Counted from the first letter of the stretch, positions 17,442 through 32,307 are shown. The stretch is 64,000 nucleotides of DNA from Eledone cirrhosa (GCA_964016885.1 OZ024749.1:45880001-45944000); one strand, 5' to 3'. Made by a program: numbers and translations. Notes: a model not told the origin generated them from the sequence alone.

Positions 17442-17808
17442 TTTTAGTTGTTGGTTTGGTGGAGACGGGTGCCTTTGTGTTGTAGTTGGTGGAGGTGAAG
17501 GTTTGATAATATTGTTGCTGGTGATGTAGTGATGACTGTAGTTTTGGTGATGTTGTGTTGGTGAATATACTGCTTTTGGTAGTGGTGTTGTAGTGGTTGT
17601 AGTTATATTGTTGTTGTTGATGTTGCTATTATTGTTGTTGCTGTTGTTGTTGATATTGTTCTTGTTGTTGTTATAGTGGTGTCGGTAGCGTGTGAGAGCT
17701 AGTAACGTTAGTGTTGAAGTGAATGCTGGGCAACTAGTGGGTTCATGGGGTTTTAGAGTGGGGGGCGGTACTGATAAGGTGCTATTGATGGTTTCTGCTG
17801 AAAATAAT

Positions 17809-17960
17809 TGTTTCTACTTTTTGGCACAAGGCCAGAAAATACCCAATACATTACTGGTACTTTATTTTATCGACCCCGTAAGGATGAAAGGCAAAGTTAA
17901 CCTCAGCTGGATTTGAACTCAGATCATAAAGGGCCGTAACACTTTGCTGCAAAGCATGGC
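17809..17960 (-). mobile_element. 5'-truncated young SINE
   Basis: Family match with TSD g(c/t)tgaaaataat at 17797-17808 and 17961-17972. Confidence 0.85.
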
Positions 17961-19540
17961 GTTGAAAATAATGAAACCTCTAGTGTATTTGTTATTTGAG
18001 CTGATGTTGGGCTGCAAGACATGGGCTTATGATAGTGATGTGGTGTTACGTATGATGGTGATGTAGCGGTGATGATGAAAGTGAATTGTTCTGTTGGTGG
18101 TAGTAATAGTCATGGTGGCAACAGTGAAGGTGTTGATGGTGTTACTTTTGGTAGAGACACGACCATCTTTGATGTTGTTGCTTTTACTGTTGTTGGTGGT
18201 TTTGCTCTTGTTAGTGTTGATGGTGATGGTCGAGGTGATAGTGTTAATGGTTGTGGTGTTGTTGGTGCTGGTCAAACTATGACAAAAGACTCATATTTTT
18301 CATGTGCTGACAATTTAGAGTAGACTTAAAAATGTGGATCTTCCCTGCTTACAAGTACTCTGGAGTCCTTCAAATCTTAACAACTAACTCCATATTACAT
18401 TTAATCTCGTCTCCCTTTCTATTTTTCTTAACATTTCCTCATTTCTCTCTTTAGCGCCGATATTAACTAGAGAAATTTTATTTTTATTGTATGGGATTCT
18501 CCATCCACGAATCTTTCAATTCGTCTTTGAAAATGGAACTTTCAAAGAAAGTACCATATGAGTCTGAATATTAAACCTCGTTCAGGACCACTAACTAATC
18601 ACATATATATTATATATTTCAAAAGACAAAATCACGGTAAGATCGGCCTAATTATTGCCTTGACTAGGCTCTGTTGAATTTCATTAGCTGGAAACACTAA
18701 AAGAATCTTCGGAGAAAATATAAGATATCTGCAACGATGTAAGATCAATTAATGTTACCATTACAAGTATGAACAATTATTCTTACAAGGAAAAAAACAC
18801 TTTTTGTGGTATGAACACATTTTGTTGATCGGAGTCTTGTAAATACTTCTTTAAATAAATGAGGAAACAACGATTTGGTTTTGTATGTTAAATACACCCA
18901 ACAAACCCGAAATGAAAGTAGTAAACATATTTATCGAATAATCTTCGTGTATTTTTACTTTACAGAGAACCTTCAGTATGCTCATGGACAGATTCTTATC
19001 AGTTTCTCGTGAAAATGATAATCAAATCTAATGAAATTGTGTCGAAGAAACCTCCAATTTTGTAAGAAAAAGTAGATGAAAAAAACAAAGATTATTGTTA
19101 AACCTATGACGAGATCTATATAGATAGTCTTACGTGATAATGTCTAGTTATTTGTAGCTTTATGTCTATCACCTAACAACAATTAGTTTTGTTTCACTTA
19201 TGCATACAGCGCGGATTCTTTATATTGAAATAGAGCACCAAATAAATGAAAGCTTTTAATCACCTTTCCAAACAGGTAACTTCACCAGACAGGGCGGGAT
19301 TATTTTATTGTGTATACTGAAGATGAAGAATACAATGCATATATAGTTAATGTGCATGAACTTTTAAAAAGTTAAATTTTATGAGAATATATGAATAAGG
19401 GAAGAGCTTAAAAACGTGATCAATGTGGGGTAAATGTAAATTGTAACTCTAAACACTGAAGCGTAAAATTCATATCTACATCTTTCTCTCTCTCTCTCAA
19501 TCTCTCTCTCTCTCTCTCCCCCTCTCTCTCTCTCTCTCTC

Positions 19541-19578
<38 letters not shown>

Positions 19579-20571
19579 TATCTATCTATGTAATTATATA
19601 TGAGAACATATTCATATAAAATAAAATATGAATGCATATATAATTATATATTCTATCTGACATTCTTTTTCTTGAATTGCTTAAGTAGTAAAGTATATGT
19701 AGTTGTTGCATTTATATATTTGTGGGCGGAATAAGGGCGTGTATATAAACACAAAGTACTGAATTAGCGAGTTTACATACGCATAAATGAATACTCAACG
19801 ATAGAATACATACATTAACTTTAACATTGACAACTTTTTTCCTATACATTAAATGATCAAAACATAGTTTTATGACCATGTAAGAATATACCATAGTCCA
19901 TTGTTATTGTTGTTGTTTTGTTGGTGCTGTTGCTGTTGTCCTCGTAGATGTTACTATTGCTGTTATTATAATTATTATGATTAAGTTGTGGCGTGAACGG
20001 ACGCTGAGCAGTACATTTTACTTCGTGAGAGTTTGTCTGCATTTGATTATCTTGACTGAAATATCATATTCTTAAAATTTACTCTCAAAGAAAAGGAACT
20101 TGAAGGGAATGTAATAGGAAATGTTTTGGAAGTGAAGATAGAAATTTTTCTAAAGAAATGGGTTTTGATAGGTTGGATGAGAACTGGACGAAGGCGAAAG
20201 AGGAAAGAACTTCTAAATGGAAAGTAGATAGTGTCAATGCATCAAAGGAGGAAGTTAAAAGTTAAATAAAGTATTCAGATTATAAGGATGAGAAACAACG
20301 GGTAGAGGGTATTGATGTCATTTGCAACAAGGAATAAAAAAAAATATATTTGTATACTGGCACATTATAATATTTTAAAGATTGGGATAGCTGGATTATT
20401 CCGAGAGTTGTATTAAATACTGAAGCTTCATTCTCATACAAATGCAAATGGACAAACGTTTCATAAATTTTAACATACCATTAAATGAGTCGTCTACATG
20501 GTCATAAATATGTAGTCTACTATTTAACCACCACACACACACACACACACATACACACACATATATATATA

Positions 20572-20805
20572 TATATTTAAAAAAAAAAAACAGATAAAAG
20601 TTTATGCAAAGAATCGCTGCTTTCACCCTTAACGGGATCTTTTGAGTTTCAGAAGATCCCGTTAAGGGTGAAAGCAGCGATTTTTTGCTTAAACTTTAAT
20701 CTGTAATTTTTAAAAATATTTGCCCTACGATTCTTATATATTTGATATATATTTATCCTTAACGAGGCCTCTTCGGATTTTAGTCTTCAAATGTATTATT
20801 ATTAC
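20572..20805 (+). mobile_element. TA-embedded short element, family Y, with inverted short arm
   Basis: A minus arm (20572-20641) mirrors the plus arm aagatcccgttaagggtgaaagcagcgatt...ctttaatctg. The plus arm continues to ggattttagtcttcaaatgtattattattac-(TA)n. Confidence 0.85.
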
Positions 20806-20819
20806 TATATATATATTAT

Positions 20820-20866
<47 letters not shown>

Positions 20867-21312
20867 CCATATTTATGTTTGTGGGGGTAATTACGTGTAT
20901 GTACAAGTATTTGTCGGAGATTTGGATATAGGGGTCAGTGTTTATGTGCGACTGAGTGTACATTGAAGAGGAGAGAGAAATGTTTGCGGATTTGTAGATT
21001 TCAATGGACTTGTTATGAATGCTTAGATGAATTCCCTAGTTTGAATACACTAGCGTTTTTGAAGTAATGCAAATATATTCATATACACTTTAGATGGAGG
21101 TTGAACTATTATAAATGTTCAAAGAATATTCATACATGTAAGTGTTTTTTCTGCGTTATAAAACATATACTAAGGTATTCATACAAAAGTTTAAATTAAT
21201 ACACAATCACATACACTCACTCACAAACAGAGATTCATTCAAACACACAAGTACTAACACACACAGACACAACCGTATAATATATATATATATATTATAC
21301 ACATTCCTACAG

Positions 21313-21346
<34 letters not shown>

Positions 21347-21371
21347 AAGAACATGAGAAGAAAGAAGAATA

Positions 21372-22119
21372 CTGCGTGGTTGCACATGGGTTACATATGA
21401 TAAAATTAGTCCTTCGTCAGTGATTTGCCAACCATCATTGATATTTCGTCGCATTAAAAATCATATACCTCAGGTTGGTGCGAGCAATAGCTAAATAAAG
21501 CTATTGGGACAAGTAAATCGCGTAAAGCGAGTGAGACAAGTAAACAACATAGAAGGATGAAAGCAACGCAAAGATGGGAATAAACAAGCAACATGGTTAT
21601 CCGATCAGCATAATCTGGGTGGATTTCATGAGCGATCAAGATACAGACCGTCCGACGTGAGTGAGATGTGAGCAAGAACAGAATCCACTACTAGCCAAAC
21701 GGGAGGAAGTGAGAAGGGGAGAAACAGAGAGTGAGTGAGTGGAAGTGCGATGAAGAGGTCAGTCGAGAGAAAGTGTAACTGACAGAGGAGGCGAAAGAAG
21801 GTGAGAGCAACAGAGAGAACGGGGAAGCAGTAAGAGAGAAACAGACAAACGCAGCCGAGGTAAAATATATATAACTCTGTTATTACTTCAACAGAGATCC
21901 GACGAGATTTTGATTCCAGATTAGGGCCAGATCGATACAGCTCGAACCTTGAGCTGATCAATAGTGACACGCGCGTTAGAAATCAATGAACGTAATTAAG
22001 GCTTAACAAATCGTCCTTGTATTAGTATATTACACTCTGTCTAGCTCTACACTTCGCCACTAACGAGAAACGAAACATCGAGTTCCCACCTGGGTGAACC
22101 TACAGTTACTTCACGTTAC
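21372..22119 (+). mobile_element. Possible solo-LTR-like segment
   Basis: Complex, CpG-containing purine-rich block with tatatataa at about 21867 and ending cacgttaca. The 5' boundary and a TSD were not identified. Confidence 0.25.
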
Positions 22120-22344
22120 ACTCTCTGTAAATATATATGGGGAAAGGGGTCACCCTGTCGGTCTGTGAAGGAATTATGCATCTTCAAAGCAAATACTTGC
22201 AACTATATAGACGCTGATAATATAAGCCAGGAAAAAATTTAATTTGATATCACATCAGCCAATACGATGAAGTTGACTTGAAACTGAAGGGCCCAGAGTA
22301 TGAAGCATATAATACTGCATACCAAGCCCCACACATACGTATAA

Positions 22345-22510
<166 letters not shown>

Positions 22511-22514
22511 TGCA

Positions 22515-22741
<227 letters not shown>

Positions 22742-22844
22742 TATAAGTATGAAATATATATATAAGTATGTTAAACAAACGAATTATTAGCCGTAAAGTG
22801 TTCGGCAACCATCGTTGCACTTTTGTTCAACACTCACAAAGGAA

Positions 22845-22884
22845 CGGTGAACTAGTTTCTAGCTTATTAGCTGTCATCAGCAGC
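22845..22884 (-). ncRNA. Minimal type I hammerhead ribozyme (left arm of inverted repeat)
   Basis: The minus strand reads gctg-CTGATGA-c-agct-aata-agct-a-GAAA-ctagtt-caccg. Stem II AGCT/AGCT is perfect; stem I is only partly paired. Confidence 0.6.
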
Positions 22885-23016
22885 TATTCCTTCCTGTCGT
22901 TTTCGGTACGCCCGGCCGACTAACTCACTCGATATGCAAATTAGGCTGCTCATCCGTTAATATGCATAAGGAAAATATATACTTTCGAATGTTCGATCAA
23001 CTCACAGGAAGATATA

Positions 23017-23057
23017 CGGTGCTGATGACAACTAATAAGCTAGAAACTAGTTCATCG
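23017..23057 (+). ncRNA. Minimal type I hammerhead ribozyme (right arm of inverted repeat)
   Basis: Stem I cggtg (23017-21) pairs with catcg (23053-57). CTGATGA is at 23022-28, stem II region caactaataagcta, GAAA at 23043-46. Stem III is the palindrome ACTAGT and the cleavage triplet is GUU. Folded by eye. Confidence 0.75.
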
Positions 23058-23408
23058 TTCCTTTGTCAGTGTTGAACAAAAGGGCAACGATGGTTGCCGA
23101 ACACTGTACGGCTAATAATTCGAGATGTTTGTTTACAAACAAATCGAGCATTATAATAAATAACTGGATTTTAACAACCTTCCAGGGGTCCGTGTAAATT
23201 TTCAATACCCGAATTACTTGACCGTTTTTTTTGGCCTATGCGAATGATTGTTTACCCATAGTCTCAGTGTCTTTAGCCTTTAATGTCTGTTATAGCTCTG
23301 GTTCATTTGAATCATTGAGCACTTGCCACACATCTCGGAGGTTGATTTTCGTTATTTCGTGGGCCGAAGTGCGAATCTCAATAATTTATGTTTATATATA
23401 TATATATA

Positions 23409-23641
23409 TAACGAAGGAAATGTGGTACGGAACCAGATGGACCATAACGCACCAACGTACTCAATACTTAGGGTAGTAGAGTGAGTAATAGGAACGAATA
23501 GGACCCCGACGGCTGGCTGAAGCTGTTTCGACGGCTAATTCTGGACTAAAAAAAAAAAAAAATTATTTATTTTTTTTTTTTAGTACAGAATTAGCCGTCG
23601 AAACGGCTTCTGCTCAGTCGTCGGGGTCCTACTCGTGCCTA
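23409..23641 (-). mobile_element. Family X copy with about 70-bp inverted arm
   Basis: The long arm lies on the minus strand (23409-23562) and an inverted short arm on the plus strand (23570-23641) ends in gtgccta-(TA)n. Confidence 0.85.
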
Positions 23642-23663
23642 TATATATATATATATATATATA

Positions 23664-23809
23664 GTAATAATAATACATTTGAAGACTAAAATCCAAAGAG
23701 GGCTCGATAAGGATAAATATATATATGAAATATATGTTTCAGAAGATCCCGTTAAGGGTGAAAACAGCGTTACTTTGCTTAAACTTTAATCTGTTATTTT
23801 AATAAATAT
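23664..23809. mobile_element. Family Y copy: minus-strand 3' end joined to plus-strand 5' part
   Basis: gtaataataatacatttgaagactaaaatcc... (reverse complement of the 3' end) is followed by gtttcagaagatcccgttaagggtgaaaacagcg...ttttaataaatat. Further fragments at about 28770-28818, 46364-46420 and 55757-55781. Confidence 0.8.
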
Positions 23810-23824
23810 CTCTCTCTCTCTCTA

Positions 23825-23862
<38 letters not shown>

Positions 23863-24201
23863 CATGTGTGTGATTGGATGTGTGAGTATGTATGTATTTG
23901 TATGTATTAACCTATATACCTCTCTATATATGGAAAGAGTGTGGCACATTTTAACAAATATTTGATCTTCAATATGCACATAAACCAAGGCATTATTATG
24001 TTTTAATGTATATAATATTCACCATGTATATCCACACATGCACAATGACTATTCATATATCTAATATATCTATGTATATCAATAAATAAGCAAAGACACA
24101 TACACCCACACACATATATATGTAATATATATATATTCATATATATATATGTGTATATATATTTATATATATATATTTATATATATATATTTATATATAT
24201 A

Positions 24202-24331
<130 letters not shown>

Positions 24332-24468
24332 AATATATACACATTAATAAAATATTCGCGCATTCGTCTTTAATGATCGCTGGTCATTGTTAGAGACGTA
24401 CGCCTCTTACAGCTGCTAGAACAGCTGCTTCAAAGACATCCTATTATTGTATGTATATCTCAATATCC

Positions 24469-24511
<43 letters not shown>

Positions 24512-24628
24512 TATATAAAATATAATCATATATATATATATACTGTTGAGTTTATTCATGAGAACACAAATTTGTGGATAATACGAGTAAGCCGACAACA
24601 TGCGAGTAACCCCCACCCCCCACTCACA

Positions 24629-24672
<44 letters not shown>

Positions 24673-26294
24673 GGGTGGTTTTGTATGTTAATTAGTACAA
24701 AAGTGACGTAAACCCCAAAAGCAGATTATTCTAAATGTTTGATCATATTTGTCACTATGTATCACTGGCTGGTGTGGAAGAGTTACTACTTAAATTGTTC
24801 AAAGTTATCAGACACTGCATCTGTTTCTATAAGAGTATGCTGAAATATCTATATATGCTAATAGCGTTATAATACCGATGGAAAGAATGATAAGTTTTGT
24901 ATATAATGCGTTGAAAAATTATGTCAGTGTTGCTTAATCATGTACCAAATATTATACTTATAATCATGTGACGTATATTATATCGATAATTTTACAAATA
25001 TCTTACAAATTTTAGGTATCATAACATTTCGATAATTTTCCGGATTGTGTCGTAAGTAGTGATTCATTTCCATTAGGTTCCAATCATGATATATTTCGTG
25101 ACAAAATTCATTTTATGTTAATTTTTTATTTAAATGGACTTTTAGTTACATACTGTTTAGTGGGTACGTTAAATTTGATTAGAATATTTTACAACGAACG
25201 TTACAGGGTTGCTGTCCATTTATGTATGCATGTGTGTACTTTAAATAGGGCAGCCTATTGTATAATGTTCAAGTCGTATCCTTTGGTGAATATAGGTTTT
25301 TAATGGTAATTTTAGTGGCTTCTATTATCACTCACATTACGGCGTATCTCCTCTAAGATATTTGTAAAATATTAAGGATTTATATGTCTGTGAAATGTTA
25401 CTCATTATCGAGTAAGCTATTCTCTTTCAAAAACAACTGGCATACTCCCCCTCGAAATCGACGAATGTCCACTAAAAGGAAGAAAAGTAACAACAGTTGA
25501 ACTTTACATCATAAAAGTTATTTTAATGATATTTCCATAACCATATTAATGTGTCAAATTTGTATCCTCAATTGTTTGTATGTGGAAGAAATATTCTTAA
25601 TGTAGAATGTGTGCGAAGTACAAAGTACATTCAAATGACAAGATTCAAAGATTTTCTCGTCCATCTTCTTATCTTGAAATCACGTTACATGTATACAAGG
25701 AACAAAGTTAGTTCCCGAATTGATTTAATGATTGCATAGCTGCAGATAAGTGTTGTCAAAGAATATAAGAATGTTGACGCGTTAAACACGAGCATTTATT
25801 TTTAATTAGTGTCCATACATGTCTAAGAAATAGTAACTCTATTTTCCAATATTGTATGGAATTTACATCGAAGGTAATTAGTGGTATGCTTATTTTTGCA
25901 GAAATGCAGTATAAACAGATGAATCGAGAAAATGTATTATTGAAAGCCTGAAAGGAACCAATATAATAATTCACCAAAATAAATGCATTAATCCTATGTC
26001 TTCCATAGATTTACAAGGAATTATTATTTCAAAGGTTGGGATCAAACCATCCTGTGTTTTGGATCGCGTCTTTGACTTCATAATAAACAAGATTCAAAAG
26101 ATTAATTTTCCTAAATCGGAAGAAAATGAGAAAGAGCTAGGGTTAATAACGTATTACTTATATCACAATTTGCCGACATAGTTCAGCCCCACCACCATTT
26201 CGGTAAAAGCGCATGACATTACGTGAGGAAACAGTAAGAAAATAAATTTAATTAGTCGAAAGAACTTACACAATGCTATGATTTAGCAACAATA

Positions 26295-26645
26295 TCTATC
26301 GGGTGGAGAAAACTCTCATTGTTGGGGATTCTAAATTTATTGAGGTAAGAATAATGCTGAGAATCAAAAGCTCAGGACATACAAAATTTGATAATATTCA
26401 GAAAAATTATAAAGTGCTATAGGTAGTTGACTATATGAGAAGTATTCTACTAAATAAATCTCTCACTGGAATCTGATTTTCTTCGAACGGACTTAGTTTT
26501 TCGGATATGCCTCTAGGCGGATAGAAAAGCAATGTTTCACATACTTTTTGCACATGCTTTACTTGCGATAAACTAGAACGCAAAGACTTGAATTGGAATG
26601 AAGGCCAGACAAACCCATAAGAATGATTATCATTTATTCAAATAA
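26295..26645 (+). pseudogene. Possible decayed SGNH/GDSL esterase domain (retrotransposon ORF1-like)
   Basis: Manual translation gives RVEKTLIVGDSKFIE (block I-like), a frameshifted AIGS-D (block III-like) and KNDYHL (block V-like) in the right order, with stops. Confidence 0.3.
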
Positions 26646-26716
26646 AACGTTCTAATATAGCATTAAACAATGAATCTGAATTAGAATAGTTCGTGTTTTG
26701 TTATGCGTTGAGAATT

Positions 26717-26806
26717 GAACAAATATCATCATGCAATAACATTTGTGATTTCATCAGATAAAATAGGAAGACATGATATGAAGGTTAAAGAACACTTGTG
26801 AATAGT
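26717..26806 (-). mobile_element. Family A fragment with the 5' half of a hammerhead
   Basis: The minus strand reads caagtgttctttaaccttcatatcatgtcttcctattttatCTGATGA...catgatgatatttgtt and aligns with 41824-41905. No GAAA half is present. Confidence 0.7.
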
Positions 26807-26881
26807 CAGTCCTACAAACTGTAGAGTGCTTCTTATCCGATATCTGCATTGCTTTATTGTACTACAATGAAACTCACCTCC

Positions 26882-26918
<37 letters not shown>

Positions 26919-26956
26919 CATATACAGATATATATATATATGTGTATGTGTGTGTG

Positions 26957-26991
<35 letters not shown>

Positions 26992-27845
26992 GTATGTGTG
27001 TGTGTGTGTGTGTGTATGTGTGTGTTTGTGTGTGTGTGTGTCTGTCTTTCTGTGTGTGTATGTGTTTGTGTCTGTGTCTGTGTGTGTGTAGTTGTCTGTC
27101 TGTATATATATGTATATAAATATATATATAAATTAGGCGGTGCTGATGAAAACTGAACTGGTTTACATTGTTAAAATTCAAAATAAATGTTGCCATATGT
27201 AATTCTCATAGTTCGACCGTCCATAATGCCGCTTCTGTTATTAACTTACGTAATATGTCCTACTGAACATTAGGTTATGGCATCTTGTATACAATGACAC
27301 AATAAGAGGTCTTATAATTACGGTTATATAATACTATTCTGGCTCAACGCTACTCACTCAATAGTATTGTTCTGATTTGAAATATCTAATATTCATATAG
27401 GTTACACATTTCCCACCTTCTTCCTTCATCATCTCTCATATTATCTGCTATACATCACTGTACCTTCCTTCTCCTTGACAAACACCATATCACCATCACC
27501 ACTACAACCACCAGTACGACTACGACCATCACTAACAAACAACAATAACAAATAACACCACCGCTACCACCATGAAGATGAACGCATATTTTCAAAGCTT
27601 TCCGTCTCATCTTTATTCACCATTTTCTTCAATATATCGACGACCCCTTTTCAATATGCCGTCTAATTAACTGTTGTTGCTATTTTTATTCACTTCAATG
27701 TTGCTTTTGCCACTGTTTGTAGTTGCTATTGTTGTTGGTTCTGCTTGTTGTTGCAATGGTTGTTGCCGTTTTTATGTCATATAGTTGCTCTTGTTCTTAA
27801 GTGTGATTCCCCTGCTGATACTATTATTATTATCTTTAGGTCCTT

Positions 27846-28250
27846 GGATCGGCCGAGTGTCTAGCGCGTCGAAATATATTTAATAGTATTTGTTCATCCT
27901 CAACATATATTGAGTTCAAGTCATAACGAAGTCAGCTTTACCTTTCATACTTGCAAGTTCATTTAAATAAAGTAGCAGTTAAGTAGAGTAGTGGCTATAA
28001 GAGCTTTACTCACCCCACAAAATATTAACCTGGTTCCTAAATTAGAAACCATTATTTAACGGTGGTGCTTTGTTATATACAGTTACTAATTTCTTTCGTT
28101 CAGAATTCAAAAGCCGCCGTGGTCATTTTTTGTCCTTCATCCTTCCGGGTTCGATAAGATATAAACCCAGGGAAATATTTGGTGGATATAATTGACATTG
28201 CCTTATCCAACAAATCGCTGGTCCTGTGCGAATGTTAGAAAAATATTATT
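27846..28250 (+). mobile_element. Two tandem old SINE copies
   Basis: gagttcaagtc...ctttacctttcatac...cctaaattagaaaccattatt, then aattcaaaagccgccgtggtc...ttcatccttccgggttcgataag...gctggtcctgtgc...ttagaaaaatattatt. Confidence 0.65.
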
Positions 28251-28972
28251 GTCTTTTTATTGTCATTAATTTTCTATTTCTTATGAATTTACAGGGATGA
28301 GAACATTCGGCAGTGCATCAAACAAAACATTCAGATATATTTATCTATAGACACTTATGTACTGAGTTCATATCATACCTGGTCCCTAAAGTTTATTTAA
28401 CGATACAGACAAAAATATATTTCTCCGCCATCCGCCGAACAAGATGATATGAGATGAGGATTAATAAAATAAAATCCAAACCACAATGATCGTTAATTGA
28501 ATGGTTCTAACCTAAAATATAAAGGGATTGGAAACGTTTTAGGTATCAGATATAATCTAGATCCATCTATTTTTCTTTGGATATTGATATTGCTCTTCAG
28601 GGTGTACTCGTTCATAGTAGCTCAATGAATATCCAACTCTATTCAGGGCCTTCTCACACTTGTTAGAGGGACCTCTACATTGTTGACCTACAACAGTTTC
28701 TACAACGTTAGGAGTTTAGCCGTACTCGCAATCCTGGTCATGGTTTGTTGCGGGTTGTTGAGACTGATACAGAAGAAACAGTTAAGGGTGAAAGCAGTGA
28801 TTATTTGCTTAAACTTTATTGAGACGTATCTGAAGAACTTACGATTTCGGAGTCAGGTTCGATCATCGCATCGATCGTGCTTCGAGCTGGTCGCCAGAGA
28901 AACGACTGTAATATGTCTAATAAATTCTAATTTGTCGCACCACTGATTCTCCGTTTCTTATGTGATATATAA

Positions 28973-29019
<47 letters not shown>

Positions 29020-29659
29020 CATATATATTATATATATATTTATATACTTCATACACATCTCTGTCTATTCACCTGAATTTATCTAGTAATATCTATCTAT
29101 CTAACTACTCATAAAGCTATTTATCTAGCTATATATGTATATATAGCGTTGTTACTAATACTTTCAGGAATAACCTCACTACCGCACTTACATAACAAAA
29201 TTTATTTGACAACAAGCAACAATAACAATACAGAAATACCATTTCCAAACAATGCAGAACTAAAGAAATCCATCGGAATATTACAGAAGAAAATATAATA
29301 TTAATATAATACTAATATACATAATAAAAGGAAAACGTAGGAAACGTAAGATTTGATTAGTACTGTGATAAATAAAACTGATGCAGCTGCAGCAGTAAAA
29401 ACAACACGCAACAGCCAATTGATGAACGAACAATAGTAGCTTTTGTTTCTGAAGTGTCAGATTTCACAGAGGCATACCTAATTGATTAAGACACTTAGAT
29501 CTGACACTACAGTTAGTTCATATGTGAATGTTTCCGATTATAGAGAAGAAGAAAAAAAGCAAGATGTTGAAAGACGAGGGCCAGTATGAGAAAGACAATA
29601 TAATAGTTCGCAACATGATATATATATATATATATATATTTATGATATATATATATATG

Positions 29660-29735
<76 letters not shown>

Positions 29736-29885
29736 AGTGTGTGTGTGTGTGTGTGTGTGTAAGTATGGCAATCCATCAACCTATATGTTCATCTCATAAG
29801 TATGGATTCATCTATATAGTTGTCTCTATTCTCACAGTATATTTAGATATTTATACAAAACGACACACACACACACGCACACATG

Positions 29886-30026
<141 letters not shown>

Positions 30027-30396
30027 CAGAGGGACAGACAGAAAGAAAAAGAATGGTATCGAGCAGTTTCAAAAGTTTAGTAAAGACTTTACAGAACATT
30101 CTATTTATTTCTGTCATTGAAAGCATATTCTTTAGTAGACCTGCTTCATTTTATAACGGTAAGAATGAGCTGATTCGATGCTTATAGGATACTCATATTA
30201 AGTACGCTATATGGATTCGGGTGCCTATTAAAGTATTAGTATTATTGTTGCTTTGTCAATAATATATGCTATGTCAAAATCCTTATTTTTCAATGTGTCA
30301 TTTTAATCCAAAGAAGGACGATGAAAAGAATCCTCGTGAAATGAAACGGCGGATATATTGTTTATAATTCGTTTCATTGCTGATATTTAGATTTAA

Positions 30397-30486
<90 letters not shown>

Positions 30487-30528
30487 ATAAATATATATAT
30501 ATAAATATATAATTTAGTTATATATATT

Positions 30529-30601
<73 letters not shown>

Positions 30602-31217
30602 TTCGGCTATTGGAAATTAGCGAAAAGCAACTTCAGAAATGTGTGGCAAGCGCTCAATAGAAACGAGTGAACTAGAGCAATAAACATACGTTAAAAGGAC
30701 AAACACACTGAGATGATGGTTAAACCATTAACCACAAAGCCATAGAAGCGAGCAAGCTATTCGGGTCAAATAAATAATAAAATATGACTGAAAAATATAC
30801 CCGGACGGTGCAAGATATATCTGCAAACGGTGGTAAAATTCAATATGGCGTTTCTGCAACTCCTAAATCAGGTACTGTCTGCTTAAACAAATAATGTTAA
30901 GCTTTTTGTATGATGATCGAACTACGAAGTAACTTTTTCAACAGGCATTTAGTTCTATGCAGAGCTAAGGAACAGACCGTTATCTGAACCCACGTGCGGG
31001 GTCAGAAGGGAGAGACACCCTATTTTTGGCGGATGAATTCAGTATGTGTGGTTATTGCAAAATTGCAAAATATCACAAAATGAATTAAGCTCTCGACAGA
31101 ATAGTTTATAAATTTAACATAAGCTATTAATCAGTCAAAAGAATTAACTAAACAAATTGCATATATATATATATTTATATATATATATATATATATATAT
31201 GTGTATATATATATATT

Positions 31218-31267
<50 letters not shown>

Positions 31268-32307
31268 CACATATATATATTCTTCCCTGATTGATTCGGT
31301 GATTGACCAGCCCCGGCCACTTGACTGATTGATTGATTTTGATTGATTACTTTAGATGGTATATAAAAGAAAATCAATCAAATCACTAGAACAAGTAAAT
31401 AAATATATATGAACTCTAGCAAATAAATCTAAATTAAAACTTCGTCAACAATAGACTAAATGATACCAGAAAGGAGTCAACGTTAAGTAGGTCAATCAAT
31501 TACTTAAAGGGAAATTGCAAAAAGTATGGGAAGTCATGTTAGACAATATCAAGATCTCTTAAGTAAGTATTTGGATACAAAATACCGAACCTCAAACGCA
31601 TACACACATAACACTATACCCATCGACCCCAATGCATACGCACACGAATCTACATACACACATGCCACCGCATATATATATATATATATATATTTACGTA
31701 TATTTATATATATATATATATTATATATATATACATTCATATATATATATATATATATATATATGCATGTTTATATATACATATATACGTTTGTATGTGT
31801 GCAAGCTCATATATATATATATATATATATATAAATGTTTATATATGCATATATACGTTTGTATGTGCGCACGCTCGTGTATATAAGTCTAAGTGGAGAT
31901 GTAGAGAAAGAGATTCAGCGAGAGAAAGTATGAGAGAGATTGTTATTTGAACTTTGTGGTGGCCAGCACTTCACTAAAGAAAATTGCTCTCAACTCTTAT
32001 TGAATGGAAATCAATTTGACTCAAACGTGAGGTTTTCGTTGAAATTAACATGATAGTGTCACAGAAACATTCCCTCGTTTCTACTTCAGAGAGTTTTGTC
32101 TTATAGAATATAAGAACGTCTTTTGTTCTGCGTACGTGATTTGATACGTCAGACTTATTCTTAAGAGAGTAGAATTAGATTATAAGCCTACATATATATG
32201 TATATACATGTATATATATACATATATATATAAATATATATATATATATGTATATATATATAATATATATGTGTGTGTGTGTATGTATATACATATGTAT
32301 ATATATG

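Larger units (their letters stand above)
22772..23135. mobile_element. Inverted-repeat element (about 110-bp arms, about 135-bp spacer) with a hammerhead in each arm
   Basis: cgaattattagccgtaaagtgttcggcaaccatcgttgc...tcatcagca versus tgctgatga...gcaacgatggttgccgaacactgtacggctaataattcg, with several mismatches. The left end lies next to TA-rich repeat. Confidence 0.85.

Noticed and set aside
18540-19300. Repeat-free block with faint Polinton-like words (FCFTYAYSA)
   Set aside because: No continuous frame; the resemblance is anecdotal.
21390-21430. Minus-strand CTGACGAaggacta
   Set aside because: There is no closing stem II strand or GAAA; at most a truncated remnant.
27137-27175. CTGATGA followed by a small hairpin
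   Set aside because: No GAAA follows the hairpin.
28560-28870. CTGAAGA motifs at 28593 (minus) and 28830 (plus)
   Set aside because: The first lacks stem II and stem III, and the second has GATC where GAAA is needed.
30784-30871. Short ATG-initiated frame (MTEKYTRTVQDISANGGK...) ending at cag|gtactg
   Set aside because: The donor is weak, there is no recognisable homology, and such a frame could arise by chance.
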